DNA of 64,000 bases from Octopus vulgaris (GCA_951406725.2 OX597828.1:70122001-70186000); one strand, 5' to 3'. Shown: positions 27,080 through 41,362, numbered from the stretch's first letter. The notes: generated by a model not told the origin, from the sequence alone. Translations and numbers: made by a program.

Positions 27080-27130
<51 letters not shown>

Positions 27131-28563
27131 TTGTTCGTTTATTGGCCACAAGGGCTAACAAAAATCAATTAAAACATAAAGGGACAAAACACAGGATGAA
27201 AGTTACAAAGGGTTTTGTCTGTTTGAAAAAAGTCCATGTACAAAAGCAGGATAACAACGAAAAATAAGTAACAATTAAAACTCCCAATAGGGGGGAGGCG
27301 CTTCGAAAGGTTACTCGTGGGAAAAACCCATAAAAGCCACGGGAGCCTGGTCAAAAGGGGATCACAAACGAATACCCTACAAGTTGTGGCAACACAACCA
27401 AGTAGTGAAATTGCTACATTGGAAACTGAGTAAAGTGAGGGCTAGAGAGAGGCAAGACGTGGTATGAACACAAACCACACAGATTGGTGGCGGCGGCAGT
27501 GGTGGTGGTGGTGGTGGTGGTGGTATTGGTATCATTGGTGATGTTAGTGCTGATATTGTTGTTATTGTTCTTACTCATCCCCAGGTCAATCCTGCTGGAA
27601 CAAACCTATTATCAAAGGTGTTCCAGTCATGACCATCTCGTCTTTTATTCAAACACAGTGTATCTAGGATTACATTATCAAAGGTGAGTTTCCTTGTTCT
27701 TGTTACTTAGGCCGAGGTCAACCATAATTAAGAACCAACGCTAAAGGTGTGCCAACTGTGGCCATCTCACCTTTTCCATTCAGACACAGTGTATCTAGGA
27801 CTACCTTACCTAAAGTGCACTTTTTTAATGTGGTCAGGTGTGGCTGCTTTTTCCAGCAGATCAAACCACCGCTAATACGATTCATCACTGATTCGTTTTT
27901 GTTGATGTTGTTGTTGTTGTTGTTCTTCAGACACAGATCAGCCTTCGATCAGAAACATTCCAACTGCGCCAACCCTGTGGCATTTTACGAGTGTCTAGGA
28001 TTATCGTGTCTTTGCTTTGTTTAAGAGTATAAGGTGTGATTTGAGGGAGATTTGGTTAGGATTTCCAACCCAGTCAGTAGAGCACCATAGACTCTTAAGG
28101 ATGGTGTTGACAGCTTCAAGCTCCTTGCCTCTTCAACCTAACCCCTCCTTTCAATATAACCCCCTTCACCTTCACCGCCGTTGCAGCCCAAACCGCTGCC
28201 ACCACCATCACCACCACCACCACCACCACCACTGATACTACCACCACCATCAACACCTGTCATTTAAGACCAAACTCCTTACCTGTATTTTAATTAATGT
28301 CAGTTGATATGACAGATGAGTGGCTGCCCCTAGCAGCTGGGTTAGGGTTAGGGTTAGGGATAGGGTTTTATGAGTGGTGTATCGTGGCACGTGCCAATGC
28401 ATGTTTATATACAAGCATATATATTCTTTTCTACTCTAGGCACAAGGCCCGAAATTTTGGGGGAGGGGGGGCAGTCGATGTAATCCCCGAAAGGATGAAA
28501 GACAAAGTCAGCTTCAGCAGAATTTGAACTCAGAACATAAAGACTGACGAATACAAACATATA

Positions 28564-28697
28564 TATTCTTAAACAGGAATATTTTTGACAGTAACTTTGA
28601 AGTTTTGGCCAGCTGCAAGCATCGTCGGACTGACGATGATGGCTTAGCTGGACCCAAACTTCGAAGTCATTGTCAAAAATATTCTTGTTTAAGAATA
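28564..28697. repeat. ~134 bp hairpin (imperfect inverted repeat)
   Basis: TATTCTTAAACAGGAATATTTTTGACA pairs with TGTCAAAAATATTCTTGTTTAAGAATA. Confidence 0.85.
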
Positions 28698-28802
28698 ATA
28701 ATAAAATTTGTACTCAACAGAAGAAAGAGAGTAAACCCATGAGATTAACGTAAAATTGTCTTTTTTTTTATAACTGAACATAATCTCACACACACACACA
28801 TA

Positions 28803-28845
<43 letters not shown>

Positions 28846-29639
28846 CTATCTGTATGTCAATGCATGCGTCGATGTATCTCTACGTGTGTATCACTCTATG
28901 TAACTGGGAATCTGTGTGTATCTCGCTGCGTGTGTGCCATAGCATCTCGCTTCGTTTCTGTGTGTAGGCGTGTGTGTGTGTGTGTGTGTGCATGTGTTCG
29001 CGTCACTGCACGTGATTCTTGTGTGTACATGTGTGTGTGTATGCACGTGTTTAATACAGTGTAGATGTTGATGGCGGCGGCGGCGGCGTTGGTGGTGGTG
29101 GTGGTGGCAGCTTAATTAAACTAGTGTTGTTGTTGTTGATGATGTTGTATAGCCCCAGGCTAGCCGTGAACGAGCGCACCTATGATCAAAGCCATCCCAA
29201 ATGTGACCAACCTGCTTTATTTTTTATTATCTCTCGGCAGGGACTCCAGGACCCCCCCCCCCCATGATACAATATCTGTTTTCTCTGAGTCGTTAGGATG
29301 TGATTTGAGTGAGATCTAGCTGCTCTTACTTGCAGGTGGAACAACCAGAGACGAGATCCTTAATTGAGCACAGGTGGTGATGGTGATGGTGGTGATGACG
29401 ATGATTACGATGGTGATGGCGGAGTACTTGGTTATGCTAGTAGCGTAACAGTACTGGTGATGGAGGTGGCGGTGGCGGTGATGATGGCGATGGTAACGAT
29501 AGTAATGAAAGTGGTGGTGGTGGTGGTGGTGGTGGTGGTGGTGGTGGATGTGATCGTTGTAGTAGCAGCAGTAGTAGTAGTGGCAGCAGCAGGAGCAGCA
29601 ATGAAAATGGTGTTGCCAGTAGTGTTGTTATCATTGATG

Positions 29640-30170
29640 GTATGGTGGTGGTGGTGGTGGTGGTGGTGATGGTGGTTGTGGTGATGGTGGTGGTTGTGGT
29701 GATGGTGGTGGTGGTGGTGGTTTTGGTGGTGGTGGTGGTGGTGATGGTGGTGGTGGTGATGGTGGTTGTGGTGATGGTGGTGGTTGTGGTGATGGTGGTG
29801 GTGGTAGTGGTGGTGGTGGTGGTAGTGGTGGTGGTGGTTTTGGTGGTGGTGGTGATGGTGGTGGTGATGGTGGTGGTGGTGGTTTTGGTGGTGGTGGTGG
29901 TGGTGATGGTGGTGATGATGGTGGTGGTGGTGGTGGTGGTGGTGGTGATGATGGTGGTGGTGGTGGTGGTGGTGGTGGTGGTGGTGGTGGTTTTGGTGGT
30001 GGTGGTGGTGGTGATGGTAGTGGTGATGGTGGTGGTGATGGTGGTGGTGGTGGTGGTGGTGGTGGTTTTGGTGGTGGTGGTGATGGTGGTGGTGATGGTG
30101 GTGGTGATGGTAATGGTGGTGGTGGTGGTGGTGGCGATGGTGGTGGTGATGGTGGTGGTGATGGTGGTAG
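29640..30170. repeat. Long (GGT)n/(GAT) microsatellite
   Basis: Direct reading. Confidence 0.95.
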
Positions 30171-30999
30171 TAATGAAAGGGATAGTGGTTGTGGTGATGG
30201 TGGTAGAGTGTTTGGTAGTAGTAAGTAGTAGTAGTAGTAGTAGTAGTGGCGGCGGCGGCGGCGTTACAGTTCTCACAGATCGATAGGACCAGATATAAAG
30301 AGCAGCAACTGTAGCAACATCAGCAGCAGCAGCAGCATGCATTAGTTAGTAGTATTAGTAGTAGTAGTAGTATCTATAAACAACTAAAACAACAGCAGGG
30401 GTAATAACGGCACCATCATCATCAACGGCAGCAGCAGGTAGTGCAGCAGCAGCAGCAGCAATACCTGCAGCGAGGAGAGCATCAGTGACAAGTGCATCGA
30501 CGGCAGCATCGTTATATGCACAGCAAGTGCAGCAGCAGCAGGGATAAGTGCATTAACATCAGCAGCAGCAACAGCACCGACAGCTGCAATAGCTGCAACA
30601 ATTAGAGCAGAGCAGCATCAGCAGCAGTAGCTGCTGCAAGATTAATTACCAAATGCTGCACATCAACAATTAGTAAATTTCTGTTGATTATTTTTGCGAT
30701 TGTTTTATGTTATCCAGAACCATTCTCGTTGATGAATCTGGATATTTGGATTTAAAGAAAAAAAAGAGAAGAAATTGTCAGGCGACGAGCCTGGGGATCG
30801 AACCTGTTTACAATTGCAGCCGTCGGTTGAATTAGATACGATTTGGATGGGACCACTTCTGAAGAAGGCAAGAAATGTACCGTACAGGTAACCTGTCTGG
30901 GGAGACGGGTGAATAGTCAGTTATCTGCCATTACAGAGAGAAAGAAAGAAAAGAAAAAAGAACCAATGTGAATGAGTGAGGGGGGCAACGGAGAGTTGC

Positions 31000-31310
31000 C
31001 GTGCAGATAGCACGATGGATTGGACGGACGTATAGTCTGATATTCTCCAATAGGGATACAAGAGACATTTGTAAAAAAAAAAAAGAAAAAGAAAAAAGGG
31101 AATTTTATTATCGTGCAGATAGCCTACTATAGTAGATGGGCATTGTCGTGCAGATAGCTCAATGTGAAAACGGACGTATAACCAGTCTCCACTAGAGAGA
31201 GAGAGACAGAAAGACAAAAGTGTGCGTGAAAGAGGAGAGCAACTGTCGTGCAGATAACTTGCTAATGTTAACGGGCGTATAGCTAGTCAGCCTCCACAAA
31301 AGAGACATCT
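31000..31310. promoter_or_regulatory. Cluster of repeated bipartite motif CGTGCAGATA(G)-N12/13-ACGG(A/G)CGTATA (putative cis-regulatory)
   Basis: Full units at 31000, 31147 and 31247; box 1 alone at 31112. Function is inferred only. Confidence 0.4.
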
Positions 31311-31509
31311 TGATTGTTCTCTACATATTTGTTGTTATTGTTGTTTTTCTAATCTTTTATTGTTATCAGTTATTATCTGTTATTGTTATCACTGTTATCT
31401 GATATTTTTTTTGACATTTTCGATATTTTAAAGACTGGTTTCTTCCGCGAAAAACAAACAAAAAAAAAAAAGATATATTTATACATTAATTTCAAACATT
31501 AATTTTTGC

Positions 31510-31555
<46 letters not shown>

Positions 31556-32623
31556 TTACATATCATTGAATACTTCAATATATGTATGTTTAATGGAGCT
31601 GTGATGCAAAACGAAGACAAAAATATCTGAAATTCAAATGAACTAACAATCAAAATAATTTCACAAAATGTGACTGTTTCAATTTTAGAAAGAACCAATT
31701 TTTGGAGAAATATTTGATAATTTCATGAAAATTTATTGAATGAAAACATTTTTAAAAATAAAAGACTCGTATCTATTAGAAAATCAAATTATATAATGAA
31801 CTTTATTGAATTTTTAACCGAGGAGAATATGGAACTGTGTATGTTTACAAGGGAAAAGGTGGAATAGGAACCATTTGAACAAGAGGTAAAAAAAAAAAAA
31901 AAAGAATTATGGAAAGGAGAGAGAAAAAAATGAAATAATACGATAAAAAGAAATAATAATCCGAAAGAAAGTATGAGGAAAATGCCATTTTGAAAAATGT
32001 GCAATTTCATATGTGCATTCTTTTGATGTTGTGACGAATTCTGCATTACTGCAGTTGGCTGCAATGAGCAAGAAAGAATGTAGAGCGAATGTGTTTCATC
32101 TTCATCAATGAATAGGAGTTATCGTCTGCTGAAATGTTGAGTGTGAGCATGAGTGTGAGTGGCATTTGTAGGAGGTTGTGTGCAGCAGCAACAGCAATAA
32201 CAGCAAGCAACCTGCTACCATGGCTACAACAGCAGCAGCAACAGTAGTTTTCTGCCTTATTGACCATTATAATCACCACCACAACTACAATCGTCATTAT
32301 CACCAATAATATCATCATCATTATCATCAACATCATCGCCATCGTCCATCTTAGCTGTCACAGTTGACACACAATCACACACACACCTCCATTTCATCTC
32401 ATCATCGTTACAAGACAACCCGCTGCGCCACCACCGCCGCTGCGCTGCCTCCCGCCTCAACTGAGTGCCTCTACTCACAATAATAAATAATAATAATATT
32501 ATTAATTATAATAACAATAATACGATATATTTGATTGAAAGAAATCAAAAACAAAAACACGAACAAAAATCAAACAAATAATACGAATAAAATTAACAAC
32601 TAATAAAAACAAAGACAAAAAAC

Positions 32624-32660
<37 letters not shown>

Positions 32661-33279
32661 GTGTTGTGTATATGTCTATATTCTGAGGGCATCACACGTG
32701 CACGTAAACTGTGTATGTGTGTGTTTGTGTCACAAAACTTAGGTGTGTGATGTGACGGTGTGTATATGCAAGTGTATGTCTGTGTGTGTTTAAGGCTATA
32801 AACCACGTAGATTTCTCTTTAAGTATACACGTGTTGTGTGTGTAAGTAAAATGTATAAACGTGGTCCTTTAAATGTGTGTATGTGGGCCCGCTAATGTAG
32901 TAAAGTGCAGAAGTTCCGCTGGCCAACATCTCCATTATAACGATGATGATGATGAGATTGTCAATGGCGTGATTGTGAGAGAAAAAGAAAACTATATATT
33001 GCATCAAAGGAAAGCAACTAAGCTCGCTAGCAGACGAGCAGCATCTCAGTTAAAGAAGGAGACATCAGGACACTCCCCCGCCTCCGATTTTCTTCCCCTT
33101 GGCACCGTCTCTTCTTCCGAGCACATCAGACGGACCATTGACATCAATCACATCGGACCTAACTACACACACACGCACACACACACGCACACTCACACAC
33201 ACGCACGCACGCACGCATTCACATGCACACACAAACGCACACATATATTATAGATACATACATATATTATATATAAAAT

Positions 33280-33310
<31 letters not shown>

Positions 33311-33393
33311 CACACATACACGTGACACACACACACACATACATATAAATGTATATATACAAACACATATAGGCTTATACATACTACATATAT

Positions 33394-33425
<32 letters not shown>

Positions 33426-34706
33426 GTATATATATGAGCAGGTACAGCCATACGTACATATATAAATAGACGTACACACATACACATGCACAACAGGCGT
33501 TGTGTCGGCGTAAGGCGAGATATTGACCGCCGCACGTAAGTTACGCCTGCACACCTGCACTCACACTCTCACTCAGAGCTCTCACTCTATATATGAGAGT
33601 GTGGTGTGTCTAGGGCAGTATCCGCGAGCAGGTGACACAAAACGTTCAAGATGACGGAGACAATAGCAACAACACTTGCTCCTGGCAAGGAAAATATTTC
33701 ATTACCAACAGCAGCTTCGGATTTATCTGCACTTTTCTCCCATCGTTCATTTATCTCGATGTCTTCTTTACTGTAATCATGTTCCCATCTTTATCAATGA
33801 TGTCGATGATTTGAATTTGTCCCACCTCGCTCCATCTTTTTTTACACACACATACATCTATCGATATCTATCTGTGTGTGTGTGTGCGTGTGTGATTTGT
33901 GTGTGTATGTGTGTATGAATGTGTGTGTGTATGTATATATGTATGTGTCTTTATTAGTACGTGTGTATGTGTTCGAAACACTGTCTCACTCTTTCTCTTT
34001 CTGATGCTGTTGTTAGTGATGGTGTGTTAAATGGTTTAGTATGCATGTACTTTAAGTTCATCGCCTCATAGACTGTCAATCCTTTTCTCTCAGCCTGTGT
34101 ATATGTGTGCGAGAGATAAAATTTACGTGTATATATGAATATATTTTACATATATATATCATAGATTTGTGTGCATATGAATGAGCTCCATGTGAGATTC
34201 GCCTAAACATCCAGATACTCACAGACGTACACTCATGCATATTTAAATGTGTGTGTACACATAAAAATTTGTAAAAACCACCGGATTTATATATATGTAT
34301 ATATAATTATATACACGTACACATAGTTACTACACAAATATTGTCTGTGAATTCCATATTTTCCATATTTTATTTAAATTAGTAGAGTGTAAAACAATAG
34401 CATACCAGACGTCATTTGATGGCCAAACAGAAGATAAAAAGAAAGCGAAAGAGGAAAAAAAAAAGAAAAAAGAGCAGGGCCAAGGGCTTCGTTATCGATG
34501 AGGAATTTCAACGAATTATTCCTTTAAAGACCCAGGAGGAATATTTCAGTGATTTCGGAGGAGAAAAATAATCAAGTAAGCAATTTAATTTGGAAACGAT
34601 TTTAAAGGGAACAAATTAAGGTAAAACGTGAGATTGTGTGAGTGTGTGAGTGAGTGTGAGTGTGTGTCTATATATATATATATATAAGTAGATCGGATGG
34701 TATAGA

Positions 34707-34779
<73 letters not shown>

Positions 34780-35219
34780 TATGCATTTATGTATGCATGA
34801 TAGCGGTGGTGTAAAATAGACAGAAAGCATAGTGAATGTGAAAGTAGACAAATCAAGATAAAGATAGACATAACTATATATATATATATATACACACACG
34901 TACAAATATATAAGGGTTGTGAGTGAACTTAGAAAGAGAAAGGGTGAGAGCAAGCACACACACACACACACACACACACCATCACACATAAAACTATATA
35001 TATAAACACACCGACACACACACAGACATATATTTACACAAATATACATGCACACATAAAGGCACACATCTTTATATGTATATGTATATACATATATACA
35101 TATATGGTTACACGAGCAAATACTCACACCTCAGAGAGAGAAAGAAAGAGTAAGATTGTGAGACATAGACAAAAATTACAAGGCGCCCCACGAGCGGGGG
35201 TAAACATTAGGTGTCTAAT

Positions 35220-35455
35220 ATGGGAAACGAAACCAGCCAGCCACCGTCGAATGCGACCACCCCAGCATCGGAAGGTCACTCGGTGTACTCTTTCGGATCG
35301 GTCCGTCGATCGTCGGCGGCGTCGAGCCAACACTCATCCCCTGTCGAACCCCCTCAACCGGATCTTAGTCACCTGACAGAGGACGAGATCGCTCAGATTC
35401 GATCCGTCATCGACAGAGCCAAACAAATACAAATGGACGAGACCACACGAGTCAG
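35220..35455 (+). CDS. First coding exon of a Piccolo/RIM-family (piccolo-like) presynaptic active-zone protein
   Basis: MGNETS matches the MGNE(A/V)S N-myristoylation start of vertebrate Piccolo/Bassoon. PDLSHLTEDEIAQIRSVIDRAK matches the DLS(H/Q)L(T/S)EEE..I..VM.R helix of RIM/Piccolo. The sequence is GC/CpG-rich and non-repetitive, with a perfect AG|GTAAGT donor (phase 2). Confidence 0.85.
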
Positions 35456-35539
35456 GTAAGTGGATCTTTATTTTCTGCCACTCTGTTTATCTATCTGTCT
35501 ATCTATCTACCTGCATATCTCTCTAATTACCTGTATTTC

Positions 35540-36808
<1,269 letters not shown>

Positions 36809-37813
36809 GTGTATATTCAGTCGTTGATAGTGTGTGGGAGAACGCATTGCATTGCTCCATTTCCCAATTCCATAAACATCACCACATCACGTCCGTCTAC
36901 CTGCCAATTTCTTCACAGAATCTTAACCTCATTAACAAATCTTCATTAACACTTATTATAATTGCCGCTTTGACATCTGCGGGAGAAGCAGCTGCTGCTA
37001 CTCCTGCTACTACAACTACCGTCACCCTCACTAATGTTACTACTACTACTACTACTACTACCACTACCACCACCACTACCACCACCATCATCACCGCCGC
37101 CACCGCCACCACTTACCTCTACCACCACCACCACCACCACCACCACCACTATAACACCACCATTATCACCACACAAACTCTACTACTACCACCAACACCA
37201 CCACCACCTTCACAACACCAACTTTACTACTACCACTACTTGTAGTAGTAGTATTCCTATACTTAGTGTTGTTACCTGCAGGGAGAGGCATTTGAAACTG
37301 CCACCTTCACGTTTGCAACATTTATATCAGCCGTGGGATAAGTCGGACATCGAATGGGAAGAGGTTTATACACACAACTAATATACTATTCACAGACACA
37401 CACATATCTATATACACTGTGAATACACACACGTGTGTGTGTGTATGCGTACACACGTATAATCACATGTACATTCATATATTTTTACATGTATGCATGT
37501 ATATTTATGTATATATACATATGTGTGTGTTCACTCATACATGCATATATATATATATATACATACACACGCATATATATATGTGTGTGTGTGTATGTAG
37601 GTATCCACCTATCTACATATACACAAGCACATATATGATAGATATATAGTTATATTGATAAGAGCCGTATTATATATTTATGACAAAAAATTAACCAAGT
37701 ATTAATACACACACACACACCCATATATACACACATGAAACCATAAATATATATGCATACACATGTATTATATGCCCTTTGTATGAGCATATACATATAT
37801 ATATATTTATATG

Positions 37814-37853
<40 letters not shown>

Positions 37854-38340
37854 TGTATACATATATATGCTTGTGCATGTGTATATATAAATATTATTTA
37901 TATATATATATATATTATCTATGTATACACACATATGTATATGTATGTGTATATGTATATTTATATATATGTTTGTGCATATATATGCACACACATCTTC
38001 ACTGCTTTAACGTCCCCTTTTCCATGCTTGCATGGGTCAGATGGAATTTGTTGAGGCAGATTTTCTACGGTTGGATGCTCTTCCTGTCTCTGACCCTCAC
38101 CTGCTTCTGAACAAGGTAATATCTCCCCATAGCCAGATGTGTTCTTCCCAGAAGACTGGAAAAGGACAGCTTTGCTTGTATAATGATGGTTCTCATTTAC
38201 AAACATCACATGATGTCTAGACACAGATAGACACAAACACGCAAACATATATATGTACATATATATATATGTACATTTACATACACACATAGATATGTAT
38301 ATATATGTATACACACATGCACGTGCACACACACAAACAT

Positions 38341-38757
38341 TCTTTTACTCTTTTATATGTATCAGTCATTTGACTGCAGCCATGCTGGAGCACCACCTTG
38401 AAGGATGTTAGTGGAACAAATCGACCCCAGGACTTATTTTTTAAACCTAGTACTTATTCTATTGGTTTCTTTTGTTGAACTGCTAAGTAACAGGGACAAA
38501 GACTCACTAACGTGAAATGTTGAGCAGTGATGGAGGGGGGGATTAAACATAGACACAAAGACACACACACACATAGATATGTACATATATATACGACGGG
38601 CTTCTTTCAGTTTCCGTCTATCCAATCCACTCACAAGGGTTTGGTTGGCATGAGGCTATAGTAGAAGACATTTACCTAAGGTGCCATGCAGTGGGACTGA
38701 ACCCAGAACCAATATGGTTGGGAACCATGCTTCTTACCACATGGCCATGCCTGTGCA
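38341..38757 (-). mobile_element. tRNA-derived SINE, family A
   Basis: Same head, core and tail as 14591-14990. Confidence 0.85.
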
Positions 38758-38795
38758 TATGTATAAATATATATGTGTGTGTGTGTGTGTAAATA

Positions 38796-38832
<37 letters not shown>

Positions 38833-39674
38833 GCATGTGTGTGTTATAAATGATGAGCTTTCAGTTTCCATCTACCAAAGCCTACACACAAGGTACCATA
38901 CAGTAGAATTGAGCCCAAGAACACAAGGTTACAAAGTGAAGTTGTTGGTCAAAAATCCACACTTGCACCTATACACATGTCATCAACGTCCACTTTTCCA
39001 TTCTTACATGGATCAAATTTATTGATGCAGCTTTTCTTTGGCTGGATGCTCTTCCTGCCACCAGCCCTTGTTACCAAGCAACACAATATTTTCCCATGAC
39101 CAGACATGTTTTCAGTGAATGTTGGAAATGAATGTCAGTCATTTACAACAATCATGTGATAGCAAGACAAGGTGATGCAAAGGCACACATGCTCACACTC
39201 ACACACACACATACATACATACATGGGGATATAGTAAATGACATTTGCCCATGGTGCCATGCAGTGGGACAGAACCTAGGACCATGAGGTTGGGAAGAAA
39301 GCATTAGCCAAATGGTTAAGTAGCTACCTTCACAATCCCAATGACTAGGTTTGATTTTCCTTTCATTGTATCTTCAATAAATGTCATTTATTATAGCCTC
39401 AGATTAACCCAAGGTTTTTGTGTATAATTGGGAATATGGAAACTGTGTGAAAGCCTATCAAATGGATTATATATGTAAGCTAAAGGTCTGGCTCTGTCAC
39501 CAAGTCGAGCAGGTACTTTCCAGGGATTAAGTTGAGGATACATGTCTCTGGAATTCTTTAATTAACTTGAAGATTTTGCCATTCATTGAATCAAACAACT
39601 GAATATTGGTTGTCAAAATCAATAAATATTATTTATAATGAGTATTATATATACAATTGTTATATATGATGAGT

Positions 39675-40036
39675 CGGTGCCAGTGTTACCTGAGTGGCTC
39701 CCCGTGTCAGTGGCATGTAAAAAGCACCATCCGAACGTGGTTGATGCCAGTGCCGCCCGACTGTCTCTCTGTACTGGTGGAATGTAAAAAGCACCATCCA
39801 AACGTGGTTGATGCCAGTGCCGCCTGACTGGCTCCTGTGCTAGTGGCATGTAAAAAGCACCCACTACACTCTTGGAGTGGTTGGCATTAGGAGGGGCATC
39901 CAGCTGTAGAAACCTTGCCAGATCAGATTGGAGCCTGGTGCAGCCTACTGGCTTGCCAGTCCCCAGTCAAACCGTCCAATGCATGTCAGCATGGAAAGCA
40001 GACATTAAACGATGATGATGATGATGATGATGATGA
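39675..40036 (+). mobile_element. SINE/LINE-tail element with ~67 bp internal tandem repeat and (GAT)n tail
   Basis: GTGG(C/A)ATGTAAAAAGCACC at about 39710, 39777 and 39843. The GGGCATCCAGCTGTAGAAAC tail is shared with other copies (e.g. 48520-48780, minus). Confidence 0.7.
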
Positions 40037-40649
40037 TTTTAACAAAGCATGAAAAACCCACAGTATGCAAATTAGTAGCTCCAGTTCTCTGAAGTTACTG
40101 GATTTGTTGCATATATAGACAGATTAGTTGCTTATTTCTCCAGGATTAGGCTAGTGATGTAAACACCACTGATAAGACCCCAATAAGGTTTGAAAATCAA
40201 TTAAGGGTCTTCATCTTTATTTTTCTACGAAAAAATAGTTAAATTTTCTATGTTCGTATATCTACCATGTATGTTTATGATCAATATATATATATTTTAT
40301 ATATATATATACAGAGAGAGAGAGAGAGAGAGTGAAGTCTTATTTATTAGTATATATTAATTTACATAAACTTTGATATATTAATCAATTTATATGTGTA
40401 TACATATGATCTATTAATGTATGTATAACATATGTGCATGCATACACACACAACTGTGGGTGTGTCATAAAAATTCTTTTCCAAAACACATTGCAGCAGG
40501 TTCAGTCCCACTGCATGGTAACTTGGGCAAGTGTTCTCTAGTACTGTCTCCTTGTGTTGACATTGCATAGTAGTTGTGTCACCAATCTGCTGTAAAAACA
40601 TGCCTGGTCATGGGGAAATATCTCTGTGTTTGGTTAACAGAAGGGTTAG

Positions 40650-41065
40650 CAGTGAGTGCCCAATGGATGGTCAGTACAATTCTGAGGCAGTAGTTTATGA
40701 AGCAGATGTTGTGTCCAATAGCAGTAGCAGTAGCAAGAGCAGCAGCAGCATCAGCAGCAATTTATAGTTGAGGTAATGATAGGGCACATACATGGAAATA
40801 TGTTGGAGCAATGAAGGGTACCTTTAAACAACAGGTCCTTTTTAAGATCCCAGAAAGGTGCATTGTTACAACATTAACAGCTATATATGGCGATTAAAAG
40901 AAGAGGGGATGGCATGCAAAATTAAGTGGAGGCTGGTGGAATAATCTGGGCCATCCTTCAATGGGAGCATCACAGTGCAAACTTTGCTTGACTGAGAGGA
41001 CAATAATTGTAATAGATTCACATGATCCAGGTGCCTTTTTCAATTCAAAAAGTGAAGATTTAGCT
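40650..41065 (+). mobile_element. Penelope-like element GIY-YIG endonuclease relic
   Basis: ECPMDGQ..AVVYEADV..WKYVG..GTFKQ..YIWRLKEEG..IKWRLVE..CKLCLTER..FNSKSE, in the order expected for PLE endonucleases, with stops and frameshifts. Confidence 0.75.
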
Positions 41066-41331
41066 GATGCCCTCATATCTTCAGAGCAGGAATCCCAGTC
41101 CATCTGTGACACACTGACCACTGGAAAAGTGACATACCTATTGGAGTATACAAGAATATTAAGTAACTGTCACACCGTCCGTTTTTATGTTTGGGGCACA
41201 CATGGACTTGTGTACGTGGATGTGGGCACATAAACACACACAAATATTCTACAGTTAGTGCACAAGTGCCCAGATTTTCTCCTAAAAATGCTCCTGATTA
41301 AAAAATTGCTAATGTAGAAGAAAACATATTC

Positions 41332-41362
<31 letters not shown>

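Noticed and set aside
28338-28366. Short TTAGGG runs (also 8582-8598, 56460-56496)
   Set aside because: Only 2-4 units each; too short to argue for interstitial telomeres or fusion sites.
29437-30342. 301 aa Thr-rich mucin-like ORF and the Val/Gly-rich ORF at 17934-18617
   Set aside because: (ACC/GGT)n repeat; open on both strands with no non-repetitive domain.
39700-39865. CRISPR-like repeat-spacer appearance (also 31000-31310, 900-1303)
   Set aside because: Eukaryotic context, the 'spacers' are mostly similar to each other or irregular, and there are no cas genes.
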